Shown here piece by piece: positions 38,301-50,500 of a stretch of 64,000 bases of DNA. The position numbers were made by a program, and so were the translations under genes. The notes below the pieces were generated by a model. The model did not search any database. It worked only from the letters and a program-made list of their open reading frames with translations, and was not told the origin of the DNA. Every line of letters starts with the position of its first letter. Within the stretch, counting starts at the first letter, position 1. This DNA comes from Bugula neritina (taxonomy: Eukaryota > Animalia > Bryozoa), in contig OZ037767.1 in assembly GCA_964035545.1 (NCBI GenBank), positions 62,001-126,000 on the forward strand, given 5' to 3'.

Positions 38301-41300
38301 ACTGTCAGTGCCCAAGGCAATGAGTTTTAATGAAATTAAAAATGCTGCTGCTAAATGTTTGGAGATGGGCCAGGTTAGAAAGTCACTAATCAGTGGCCTA
38401 TGGTCAAACTGCCTTCCTGCATACAAAGCTGTCATGACTGAACTAGCTGAAGTTGAAGGAGTAGTCATGAGGGGCAATAGGATTGTAATGCCTGTGTCAT
38501 TAAGGTCAGTAGCAGTGGAGTTGGCTCATGAGGGTCACCAGGGTACAAGTAAGACAAAACAGTTGTTGCGTACAAAATTGTGGTGGCCAGGCATGGATCA
38601 GGACGTAGAGAGGTTTTGTAAAGGTTGCTATGAGTGCCAGCTTGTCAGTGCACCGAGCAGACCACCACCCATGTCCAGTACAAAAATGCCAGACAAGCCA
38701 TGGGAACACATTGCTTGTGATTTACTGGGTCCATTACCCAATGGAGAGAGTATTCTCGTAGTGGTTGACTATTACAGTCGTTATTTTGAAGTAGCATTTC
38801 TGAGGTCAACAGTTGCTACAAAGATAGTTGAAGCTATTGAAACTATGTTCTGTAGATGGGGAGTTCCATCAAGTATTAGAACAGACAATGGACCACAGTT
38901 TGTTAGTCAATCATTTCAGGAATTTCTAAATGAGTATGGTGTATTCTGGATGTCTACCACACCAATGTGGCCGGCTGCCAATGGTGAAGTGGAGAGACAA
39001 AATAGGAGCCTATTGAAAGCACTCAAGATAGCTCACATTTCAGGCAAAGACCATAAACCTGAGTTGAGAAAATTTCTGCTAAGTTATCGTTCAACACCAC
39101 ACTCTGTTACTGGTGTTTCTCCTGCAGAACTCATGTTGGGGAGAAAACTCCAAACGAAGCTTCCTTGCTTAGAGAAGTCAAACAGACTAGATGAAGAGGT
39201 ACGAGACCGCCAAGCAGTTGCACAGGAGAAGAGTAAGAGTTACTTAAGTAATCAGGCTCATATGCCCGATGTCAGTGTAGGAGATGAAGTCTTGATTCGT
39301 CAGAATAAAACTGACAAGCTCAGTGCAACATATGATCCGGAGTCTCAACAGGTTGTTAGCAAACAAGGGTCAGAGGTTGTAGTCCAGTCTAAAGAAGGTG
39401 TTGAGAAACGCAGAAATGTGTCGGATGTCAAACCACTGACTCCAACTTCGAGTCAGGCTATTGCTGTTACTGATAGGCCTTTGAGAAACAGGAAACCTCC
39501 TGATAGATATGGGGTCACAGTGACTCATTAAATTCTTTATTGCTTGGTAGATTAGTTTATTAGTTGTTAGTCTCATTAGTTTGTAGAGTTCATATTGCAA
39601 CTTACAGAGTGACTTGACTGGTTTACTTAGTGTTTGTGTTGGTTCGAGACTTGTGTAATCTGGACCAGTCTGATACTTGCTAGTAGTTGGTTGGCGTGTC
39701 TTGCTGGGGCTGTGTGTTGTGGCTGTGGGATTCGGTGGTGGCTCTGTGTGTCCTTCATTGCAGGTTTGCCCTCAGCTCATTTCACACTGCTCACTGTACT
39801 TAGTTTAATTGCTTTAGTTTGATATTATGCATTTTATGTAAACTATAGCTTTTCAAGGTTCACTGTAATTTGGCTTTACTTAGTTTATTTCAGTATTAAT
39901 TTTATGTTATTATGTTTTTGGTTTACCTGAAGTTTGTTAAATTGTTATAAATTTTTATTATGCTAGTATTAAAGCTTTTTCAAGAAAGAAAGGGTTGTTG
40001 TATCCTGGCTAAGTGTCCACATCTGTTTTACCAATTATGTGTGAAAGGTTAATGTACTTATTTTATTAGTCATGGTTTTGAGTACAATATTATTATGTGC
40101 TTGATTGTAAAGCAGTCAGTTGTTATAGCGAGTGCAAGCAGTGCAGAATAAACTTTTACTCTCCCTTTACACGAAATCCACATTGTTACAATATGCTGTT
40201 GATATACAATGGTACATTGACTGTAATATGCTGCTGATACTATGGTACATTGACTGTAATATGCTTCTGATACTATATGGCACACTAACTGTAACATATT
40301 TGTGATTCTATAGTACATTGACTGTAATATGTTTCTGATACTACGGTACATTGACTGTAGCATGCTTCTGATACTATGGTATATTGACTGTAATACTTTA
40401 GGTATTTTACATTGACATTTTGTTCAGTCCTTGTGATAAACATGGTAGACACAGCTGAGCTGATTCCCTTGTTCCAAGCTACCCTGGACATTCTCTTGTG
40501 AGTATCTCACTCTAACTGTATATACAGCTCTCACTCTATCTAGTATATATGTATATACAGCTCTCACTATACCTAGTATATCTGTATATACAGCTCTCAC
40601 TATATCTAGTATATCTGTATATACAGCTCTCACTCTACCTAGTATATCTGTATATACAGCCCTCACTATACCTAGTATATCTGTATATACAGCTCTCACT
40701 CTAACTGTATATACAGCTCTCACTATACCTAGTATATCTGTATATACAGCTCTCACTATACCTAGTATATATGTATATACAGCTCTCACTATATCTAGTA
40801 TATCTGTATATACAGCCCGCACTATATCTATAGTATATCTGTATATTATACAGCCCACAGTACATTCTGTATAAACTATTCTCTCTCCTATTCCAGAGTA
40901 AATGGCTATTCCCATGGTAGTGCTGGCACATATGGCTTGACTGCAGCTCTAATAAACAGTTCCTTGAGTTTGGGGGGTATGATAGGGCCCACTGTATCCG
41001 GTACACTTATTGACTTATTTGGCTTCCCGTGGACCACAACTATATGCTCGGCTCTTTCACTGGCTATGGCAAGTATTTTCACTATATTCTACTACCTATA
41101 GTGGTCTGTCCACCCTACAGCTAGTGGTCTGTTCACACTACAGCTAATGGTCTATCCACACTACACCTAGTGGTCTGTTCACACTACAGCTAATGGTCTG
41201 TCCACACTACAGCTAATGGTCTGTTCACACTGTACCTATAGTACTCGGTAGTGCTAATTGTTGTTCTGTTTGATTTTAGGTTCTGGTTCTATCAAGTTTC

Positions 41301-41477
41301 CTTGTGATCACAAAAACTACAAACACACCTCTTAGTTTAGTAGATGAGAGCGTGGGAGGCCCACCATCTACGACCTCAACTTCTTTCATAAATAGACTCA
41401 GTCTATACTTTAGAAAGTCAACTAAAGGTTATTTCAAGGTCGCTCCTGTTCAACCCAGCCAATCCCTTGTTAACTAG
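27545..41477 (+). CDS. MFS transporter, SLC18B1-like, tandem paralogue A
   Basis: Predicted exons 27545-27937, 28306-28379, 29686-29830, 30427-30495, 30877-30964, 32826-32980, 34408-34503, 34881-34984, 40402-40497, 40897-41068 (GC donor), 41280-41477. Hydrophobic MFS helices with [50 protein letters not shown] and FGFPW. A Gypsy element lies in intron 8. Confidence 0.8.
28393..29560. repeat. 22-nt array (28393-29060) and (CA/CG)n microsatellite (29328-29562)
   Basis: Paralogue A intron 2. Confidence 0.9.
29822..30908 (+). repeat. 22-nt donor-derived array (intron 3) and 49-nt acceptor/exon-derived array (intron 4)
   Basis: Both arrays recur in paralogue B at 45467-46195 with different copy numbers. 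Confidence 0.95.
30977..32741. repeat. 13-nt array (TTGTATTGGTTAG)n
   Basis: About 135 copies in paralogue A intron 5. Confidence 0.97.
33011..34777. repeat. 26-nt (33011-33908), 10-nt (33960-34280) and 11-nt (34518-34777) arrays
   Basis: Paralogue A introns 6 and 7. Confidence 0.9.
35376..35570 (+). repeat. 5' LTR
   Basis: Direct repeat of 39996-40190; contains AATAAA at 35527-35532. Confidence 0.95.
35572..35581 (+). other. Primer-binding site, probably tRNA-Ser(GCT)
   Basis: TGGCGACGAG is complementary to the 3' end CUCGUCG-CCA of eukaryotic tRNA-Ser(GCU), from recalled sequence. Confidence 0.7.
35638..39531 (+). CDS. Gag-Pol polyprotein (1297 aa)
   Basis: Two CCHC-type knuckles ([16 protein letters not shown]), protease LIDSGAS, RT with YADD, RNase H ([19 protein letters not shown]), and integrase (HHCC, DLLGP, TDNG, EVER) in PR-RT-RH-IN order. 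Confidence 0.97.
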   Translation: MAVSLDTSTSNVRTFSVSTDPLTVGSRWKKWKRAFEYFVVGRGVTNAAQKKALLLNMAGEEVQDIFEVLPAGEGANEYARAMATLDTHFTPKTNIPYERSVFRRTELTSGETITNYITRLQQLAITCEYDDVDNVIRDQVIEKCKSSHLRRKLLERGSELTLAHVISISQTEEAVSMQSADIHSSGAAVNNVRNGRSKPHKKDTHYTSKEKSCFRCRSIRHVASSEECPARTKMCRSCGKKGHFAGAKFCRGAKGQINSMDNSAKKYTADTEDDIEALFTVSDNTGGEMFNINAARSTKLSVQVNNTNLSVLIDSGASSNLLDRNTAKLVGCVVKPTTKQLFAYGNKSACLDLIGETDVNVFVPSTGKCVHAKFYIFNGTATTLLCKSTSEQLGVLRVGPVGEGVHFASSDLASDDGQSWLDMFPECFAGVGLLKDLQVSLHIDPNVKPVAQPVRRMPFGHRNKAKAKIDELLAADIIERVEGPTPWVSPIVTVPKDGNDIRLCVDMRQANKAIIRERHPIPTVKELMYNLNGAKVFSKADLKLGYHQLELDEASRAITTFATPFGVFRYKKFNFGVASASEVYQYHIQRSIADLEGCQNYADDIVIYGSNKQEHDARLRAFLKRMSKLGLTLNAEKCKFGCSKITYVGYDISDKGISVSDKKVKAIVQARVPKDVTELRSFLGLVNFVGKFIPNLSTHAEPLLRLVKKASKFQWSSEQQAAFDKIKSMMAQSKTLAYFNPNAETTVTVDASPYGLGAVLSQRVGGCERVVAYGHRSLSAVERRYSQTEREALAIVWGCEHFAIYLIGTKFRLVTDHKPLEFIFNRVNSKPSARIERWVLRLQAFDYEVVYKPGSMNIADPLSRLSVDEHTPYNVNNVADEYVMMIAKLSVPKAMSFNEIKNAAAKCLEMGQVRKSLISGLWSNCLPAYKAVMTELAEVEGVVMRGNRIVMPVSLRSVAVELAHEGHQGTSKTKQLLRTKLWWPGMDQDVERFCKGCYECQLVSAPSRPPPMSSTKMPDKPWEHIACDLLGPLPNGESILVVVDYYSRYFEVAFLRSTVATKIVEAIETMFCRWGVPSSIRTDNGPQFVSQSFQEFLNEYGVFWMSTTPMWPAANGEVERQNRSLLKALKIAHISGKDHKPELRKFLLSYRSTPHSVTGVSPAELMLGRKLQTKLPCLEKSNRLDEEVRDRQAVAQEKSKSYLSNQAHMPDVSVGDEVLIRQNKTDKLSATYDPESQQVVSKQGSEVVVQSKEGVEKRRNVSDVKPLTPTSSQAIAVTDRPLRNRKPPDRYGVTVTH
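39996..40190 (+). repeat. 3' LTR
   Basis: Direct repeat of 35376-35570, preceded by the PPT and followed by TSD ATATG. Confidence 0.95.
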
Positions 41478-41910
41478 AGTATTTAATATATTTATTTATA
41501 TAACATGGTATATTATATAGTACATAACATAGTATGTTTAGTATATAATATAGAGTACAGTATGATGTAGTATATAGCATAGTATATATTATATAGTTTA
41601 GTACACAATTTGATATATTGTATATATTATATAGTTTAGTACACAATTTTATATATCGTATATATTATATAGTTTAGTACACAATTTGATATATCGTATA
41701 TAGTAATAACAATGCAGCATATGTCTGGTTTTTATCAAAAATGTACTCAATTATTTTTTTACTCTTTCTTACAATTAATTTTATCCCTAGTTGAAATAAA
41801 TGTAGTTGTCTGCACATGAATTTATAAGCTGATGTTTGCAAGATAGCTCTCCCTATCACTAATTGAATGTTATCATATATGTACATACAGACATAATATA
41901 TTAAACTGTA

Positions 41911-44580
41911 ATACTACACTACATTATATACTATACTACATTATATACTATACTATACTATATACTATACTATACTATATACTATACTATACTATATACT
42001 ATACTACATTATATACTATACTACATTATATACTATACTACATTATATACTATACTACATTATATACTATACTATACTATACTATACTGTACTATACTAT
42101 ACTATACTATACTATACTATACTACACTATACTATACTACACTATACTATACTATACTATACTATACTATACTATACTATACTATACTATACTATACTAT
42201 ATACTATACTACATTATATACTATACTACATTATATACTATACTATACTATATACTATACTATACTATATACTATACTATACTATAGTATACTATACTAT
42301 GCTATACTATACTACACTCTACTATACTATACTATACTATACTATACTATATTATACTATATACTATACTATACTATACTATACTATACTATACTATACT
42401 ATACTATACTATACTATACTATACTGTACTATACTATACTATACTACACTATACTATACTATACTACACTCTACTATACTATACTATACTATACTATATT
42501 ATACTACATACTATACTATACTATTTCACACAGTTCAGTGTTGGTATAAGTTCAGTGTTGGTATAAGAGTCACTTCTAGGTGGAAGTACAACTGAAAGTG
42601 CTATAATTTCATTTGCAAATAGAAGAAAATAAGTAACTAACAGCTGTAAATGACTTGAACTATGACCTCAGTTCATACAACTCTGATTGGTTGATGGCTG
42701 CTGGAGGCTAGCAAACCAATTATTACATAATGTTATAGCCAGATTTCTCTAGAAGTAAATGAGTTTAGTTTGAAGGCCATGAAGGATTCAGTGAAGGAAC
42801 GGAGGTTAAACTGAATCATGGGTTTACATTGTTGTACTCTACCCATGCGTGAGGTAGTCTAGTCATGCGTAGCAAATCGTACGTCTAATTATGACACAAA
42901 TTAGTAAGGCAGGGCCGTCCAAGACACCCAACACGAGGCTAAGATACTGAGTTTGGAACTATGGTTTATGTTGATGGTAAGGCAGGTCCTTGCTTCTAAA
43001 TAACTAATAGTGTGTGTGTAGACTCGGTGAAAGTCAAACCTTCAGTTTCAGCTCTCGCAGCCAAGCATCTGCTTCTTAGAGCTCAGAGGTTAGAATAATG
43101 GAGTCTAACACCCCCTTATTGCAGTCACAAGAATACGGGACAGACTCTAACACCCCCCTACTACAGTCACAAGAATACGGGACAGATTCTAACACCCTCT
43201 TACTACAGTCACAAGAATACGGGACAGACTCTAACACCCCCTTATTGCAGTCACAAGAATACGGGACAGACTCTAACACCCCCCTACTTCAGTCACAAGA
43301 AGCTGTAGAAAGACAGTCTAATGAACCCACAGAGTCTCTATCTAAAAGAAAAGAGGTGTTTCTCTTTACAGTCATCTTAGGATCTCAGTTTATGTCCTCT
43401 ACTATTGACACTTTCTTATTTCCCTTTTTCTCCAAAGAAGCGACAAGAAAGGGGCTGAATCAGTCAGAAGTTGGTCTTGTGTTTTCATCTTTTGAAATTT
43501 CCAGATTTCTGTGTTCTTTGCTGGTTGGAAAGTTGGTGAGTGGTTTAAGGACAGTTCATAAAGAATCTATAGATAGTCTACAGATAGTCTATAAATAGTC
43601 TATAGATAATCTATAGATAGTCTATAAACAGTCTATAATTAGTCTATAATTATAGATGGTCTGTAAACAATATTATAATACACTGTATTTATATACTATA
43701 GTACTATACTGTATACACTATATACACCATACTACTATACTACACTGTATATATACTATACTATTATACTATACTGTATATATACTATACTATTATACTA
43801 TACTGTATACATACTATACTATATTATACTATACTATTATACTATACTATTATACTATACTGTATATATACTATACTATTATACTATACTGTATATATAC
43901 TATACTATTATACTATACTGTATATATACTATACTACTATACTATACTGTATATATACTATACTATTATACTATACTATATATATACTATACTATTATAC
44001 TATACTGTATATATACTATACTATTATACTATACTGTATATATACTATACTATTATACTATACTATATATACTATACTATTATACTATACTGTATATATA
44101 CTATACTATATTATACTATACTATTATACTATACTATTATACTATACTGTATATATACTATACTATTATACTATACTGTATATATACTATACTATTATAC
44201 TATACTGTATATATACTATACTACTATACTATACTGTATATATACTATACTATTATACTATACTATATATACTATACTATTATACTATACTGTATATATA
44301 CTATACTATTATACTATACTATATATATACTATACTATTATACTATACTATTATACTATACTGTATATATACTATACTATTATACTATACTGTATATATA
44401 CTATACTATTATACTATACTATATATATACTATACTATTATACTATACTATTATACTATACTGTATATATACTATACTATTATACTATACTGTATATATA
44501 CTATACTATTATACTATACTATATATATACTATACTATTATACTATACTATTATACTATACTATATAATATTATACTATT
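41911..44580. repeat. (ATACT)n-type low-complexity tracts at 41911-42522 and 43690-44580
   Basis: Direct inspection. Confidence 0.9.
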
Positions 44581-47500
44581 CACTCTAGATCGCAGCACTT
44601 CCCTTAAGAATCTGGTGCCTCATTGGTTCAGCTGTGACTGCCATATCCTGTGTATCATTTGGGTAGGTAAAGGTCACTTGGGTAGGTGAAGGTCATTTAG
44701 GTAGGTGAAGGTCATTTGGGTAAGTAAAGGTCATTTGGGTAGGTAAAGGTCACTTGGGTAGGTAAAGGTCATTTGGGTAGGTGAAGGTCACTTGGGTAGG
44801 TGAAGGTCATTTGGGTAGGTGTACATCATATTATATTTGTTGTATTCAACAGTTACAGTTAACATCTTCCAAGCAATCCTAATCAAGTTTTTTTTGAATA
44901 ATAAACAATAAAATATAATTAGTAATTTGACTGTGTGCTTATGGAAAGAAATACACTTAATAAATCTGGATATTTACCGTCCGTAGCCATCTTAGCAGTT
45001 CTGATAGGCCAATGTACTTTTCTCAAAGGTTATTTAGTAGTAATACACAAATCTTATGTCTGCATGACTCCATAGCAACCTGTAAACAATACTCCATAGC
45101 AACCTGTCTGCAGCCAACATTTCTGATGCCCAGTTGGTATTAGAAGTTGTGCTCCCTGTAATGTTACATCATTTAACCTAATTGTTAAGAGCAGCTCGGC
45201 ATAGAACTTACAGTTTGTCACATCAAGTAACGCTGCTAGATACATATCAAGTGTTATCTGTTTATAAAATCCATCAACATTTGATACATACTTTAATTCA
45301 TCAAGTTATCCATCTGTTATATTTCTTCAGTTTAGCTTCATACGGTCCTAACGCCATGTTCCTACCAATGTGTATGACACTAAGAATGACAGCTGGCGCA
45401 GGTTCTTCTGCACTCACTGTGGCAGGTACTACCATGTTGTTGAAAGTGTCATCATTCAAAGTTGGCACTGTTACTGTGAGTATATAGTACCGTTACTATG
45501 AGTATATAGTACTATTACTATGAGTATATAGTACTGTTACTATGAGTATGTAGTACTATTACTATGAGTATATAATACTATTACTATGAGTATATAGTAC
45601 TGTTACTATGAGTATATAGTACTATTACTATGAGTATATAGTACTATTATTGTGAGTATATAGTACTGTTACTATGAGTATATAGTACTGTTACTATGAG
45701 TTATAGTACTGTTACTATGTGTATATAGTACTGTTACTATGAGTATTCAATACTGTTTCCAGGGCTTAGCTGAAATGATAATTGGAGCATCTTATGCTTC
45801 TGGTCCAATGATAGGCTCCGCAATATACATGGTGAGTTGCATTCTGGGTAATATATAATACTGTTTCAGTTAGGAGGATATACTAATGTATTCTGGGTAA
45901 TATATAATACTGTTTCAGTTAGGAGGATATACTAATGTATTCTGGGTAATATATAATACTGTTTCAGTTAGGAGGATATACTAGTGTATTCTGGGTAATA
46001 TATAATACTGTTTCAGTTAGGAGGATATACTAGTGTATTCTGGGTAATATATAATACTGTTTCAGTTAGGAGGATATACTAGTGTATTCTGGGTAATATA
46101 TAATACTGTTTCAGTTAGGAGGATATACTAGTGTATTCTGGGTAATATATAATACTGTTTCAGTTAGGAGGATATACTAGTGTATTCTGGGTAATGGGAG
46201 GAGTTACAGCTGCTTTGACATTCCTTTTATCACTGCTACACGTGACAGTTGGTAAGTACATTGTATTATGACTATAGTAAGGATCATAACAATGGCCGAC
46301 ATACTGTGGTTGTCTCTTCCTGTATTGAAGAACTCCTTCAGCTGTAACTTTATAGAATTTAGCTGCAGAAACCAACTCTACAAAAGAGAAACACAGTTTG
46401 GCTTTGCTGAAGACCAAGAGCATTCCTTTTCTGTATCTCCTCACCTTTGTACACAGATTTGTTTCCTTTGCCAGGACCTCCATGCTTGGAGCTTTCCTTA
46501 TTAGTACGGTAAGAGTGAAATCATCCACTCTCATCTCTCAGCCTGTTCTTTATTCTCCATGCTATATGCTAAAGATTTAATAATAAACTAGAGGATAGCA
46601 GAGCTTAGTGTTTGAGATACTACCTATTATTAGCTACTAGTCCTGGCAATGCAATGCAGGTCATATTTCTGTTCAGCTGTCACTATGGAAATCACCTGCA
46701 GGCATTTGTTCAACATAATGACCAAAAGCATGGAAAACTGTCTCTTGTAACAAATGAGGCTGGTGCAGATATTTGGTGAAAGTATTTGAAAAATGACATC
46801 AGCAATGTGGCATTTACCAATCTCCAATAATTACAGTTTGACCAAGCTGATTGGGTGATTGGATTTTCCTACTCCGTATGGGCTGTGATGTACATGGTAG
46901 CCTGTCTTTTCACTGCCAAGTTTGTCAACAAGGTGTGTCCATGCGTAAATTTGTATTTTCTTAATCTATTTTAAATTTTGATTGATTTCAGTTGAGTTTC
47001 ATAGCATAGCAGTTCAACAATGTTACCATGTCGTAGGGCATAATCATGTGTCAACAGATTCTCTCACGTGTCAACAGATTCTTTCACGTGTCCACAGATT
47101 CTCTCATATGTCAACACATACTCTCATGTGTCAACAGATTCTCTCATGTGTCAACAGATTCTCTCACGTGTTAACAGATTCTCTCACGTGTTAACAGATT
47201 CTCTCACGTGTCCACAGATTCTCTCATATGTCAACAGATATGCACTACATAGTAATGTATATATTGTAGAACTATTTATATGTATATACCACATAGTAAT
47301 GTATATATTGTAGAACTATGTATATGTATATACTACATAGTAATGTATATATTGTAGAACTATTTATATGTATATACTACATAGTAATGTATATATTGTA
47401 GAACTATGTATATGTATATACTACATAGTAGTGTATATATTGTAGAACTATTTATATGTATATACCACATAGTAATGTATATATTGTAGAACTATGTATA

Positions 47501-50500
47501 TGTATATACTACATAGTAATGTATATATTGTAGAACTATTTATATGTATATACTACATAGTAATGTATATATTGTAGAACTATGTATATGTATATACTAC
47601 ATAGTAGTGTATATATTGTAGAACTATTTATATGTATATACCACATAGTAATGTATATATTGTAGAACTATGTATATGTATATACTACATAGTAATGTAT
47701 ATATTGTAGAACTATGTATATGTATATACTACATAGTAATGTATATATTGTAGAACTATTTATATGTATATACCACATAGTAATGTATATATTGTAGAAC
47801 TATGTATATGTATATACTACATAGTAATGTATATATTGTAGAACTATGTATATGTATATACTACATAGTAATGTATATATTGTAGAACTATTTATATGTA
47901 TATACCACATAGTAATGTATATATTGTAGAACTATGTATATGTATATACTACATAGTAATGTATATATTGTAGAACTATGTATATGTATATACTACATAG
48001 TAATGTATATATTGTAGAACTATGTATATGTATATACCACATAGTAATGTATATATTGTAGAACTATGTATATGTATATACTACATAGTAATGTATATAT
48101 TGTAGAACTATGTATATGTATATACTACATAGTAATGTATATATTGTAGAACTATGTATATGTATATACCACATAGTAATGTATATATTGTAGAACTATG
48201 TATATGTATATACTACATAGTAATGTATATATTGTAGAACTATGTATATGTATATACTACATAGTAATGTATATATTGTAGAACTATGTATATGTATATA
48301 CTACATAGTAATGTATATATTGTAGAACTATGTATATGTATATACTACATAGTAATGTATATATTGTAGAACTATGTATATGTATATACTACATAGTAGT
48401 GTATATATTGTAGAACTATGTATATGTATATACTACATAGTAATGTATATATTGTAGAACTATGTATATGTATATACCACATAGTAATGTATATATTGTA
48501 GAACTATGTATACTCATGTATGCTAGTTGCGTGGCTCTTCAACTCATTCTGCTATCTGTTTCTCGCTCCCTCCCCGGTGTTGGATTTCATATTTCATGGC
48601 CACAAGTAAGTGGATTTTACTGTAATTTATATACTATCTATACTGTTGATATACCCGCTATACTGTTGATATACTATCTATACTGTTGATATACTATCTA
48701 TACTGTTGATACACTCTCTATACTGTTGATATACTCTCTATACTGTTGATATACTATCTATACTGTTGACGCTATACTTCTGCAGGTATTTCCCGATGAC
48801 CTTTGCTGCCTTGCTGCTGGTGAATGTGGTGGATACCGGGCAACTGATTCCCCTGTTTCAAGCTGTGCTCAACATTCTTATGTGAGTATATCTCAGCTTG
48901 CACCTCTACTAACCACGCCCTCCCCAATAATCCCCCCTCCCCCCCCCCCCCCCCCCAGTAACCACACCCTCTCCAATGTGGTGACTATATAGTCAATATT
49001 CCAAAGGTGCATTGCTCCGAAGGTGCATTAGTCCGAAAATTAGTAGAAATAGTATTATATCACTGAGAATATTATAAATTTCACTCACAATCTTGCTATC
49101 CTATTGCTAGCTGTGGGTGGCATGCATGTGGCCTACTTATAATTTTTTAGCCTGAGATTACGCTATGACCCTGCCTCAATTAAAGGCTGCACCATCTATC
49201 AACATTCCATTGTGGCTGCTCCATAAACTAAGTACACAGCAAGCTATTCACTAGCCTGTCAGCTAGCAAGCCTGTAATTGGTAATTTATGCATTAGTTTC
49301 TCCTCATCTTTAAGTGTTGAAGCATGAAGTGTTGTGCAAAGGTGATTTAATAAGTATTTTTTATTTCACAGTTCATATAAAAAACGACAGCCATATAGGC
49401 AATGAATTTAAAATATCCAGTTCAATGGCTATAGAGTGACTGCAACTCTATTCTAGCTACAGTCAGTCAGCTTATATAGGCCCTTCATATGTTGACTATT
49501 AACTGAAAAACTTAAGTAAAAATATTAAAGCCAAGCAAACATTTTAGGTCTACTATACTGTATTTATGATAAGCTTGGTAAAAGTTTACCTCATAGTTTA
49601 TAAAAAATAGTGTGCATTTGAAGTTGGCGTCAAAAAATTATTGGTATTGAATGAAATAGCAAATTTCTGGCTTGGCAGTTAATTATTTGATATCACATTT
49701 AATCTCTAAAATTATCTGTAAGTTGCTAAACTGCATTATTCTATGCTATTATTCTTAATATCAGTAAATACAAGCATTAAAGAAAAAAAAAAAAACATCT
49801 TGGACGCTACTCTAAAATTAAATAACCAAAGCTGCACGCCATACACCAAACCAAACAACTCCACAAGATATGTAGATAAGGGCAACATTATTAGTATAAT
49901 ATACTAATAATGTTGCCTTCATCTACATATCTTGTGGAGTTGTTTGGTTTGGTGTATAATTATTGTATTATAATAATTCAGTCCTGCCAAATAAAACCTC
50001 ACCTAAACTAAAATTTAAAAACTATGTTGTAGATTTTCCTGCTGCTCAAAGCAACTTTTTGAAATGTTCAAAAAATAATTTTAATTCTAATAATAATTCT
50101 ACTAATTTTCGGACTAATGCACCTTTGGAACAATGGGCCTTCGGAATATTGCCCCGTCCCCATCCAATATCCCCCCTACTATCTCCCCATACCACCCCTC
50201 TCTACTAACCACACCCTTCCCAATACCCCCTCTACTAACCACACCCTCCCCAATACCCCCTCTACTAACCACACCTTCCCCAATACCCCATCTACTAACC
50301 ACACCCTCCCCAATACCCCCTCTACTAACCACACCCTCCCCAATACCTCCTCTACTAACCACACCCTCCCCAATACCCCCTCTACTAACCACACCCTCTC
50401 CAATACCCCCTCTACTAACCATACACCCTCCCCAATACCCCCTCTACTAACCACATCCTCCCCAATACCCCCTCTACTAACCACACCCTCTCCAATACCC

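Larger units (their letters stand above)
35376..40190 (+). mobile_element. Full-length Gypsy/Ty3 LTR retrotransposon (Mag-like)
   Basis: 195-bp LTRs at 35376-35570 and 39996-40190 (TG...CA, one mismatch seen). 5-bp TSD ATATG at 35371-35375 and 40191-40195. PBS TGGCGACGAG at 35572. PPT AAGAAAGAAAGGG at 39982-39994. Single intact gag-pol ORF. Confidence 0.97.
34995..40395. repeat. 35-nt array split by the Gypsy insertion (34995-35375 and 40191-40395)
   Basis: TACATTGACTGTAATATGTTGTTGATATACTACGG units on both sides of the element. Confidence 0.9.

Noticed and set aside
39634-39822. Small hydrophobic ORF after pol as a possible env
   Set aside because: Only 62 codons, non-ATG start and no env features; most likely element 3' UTR.
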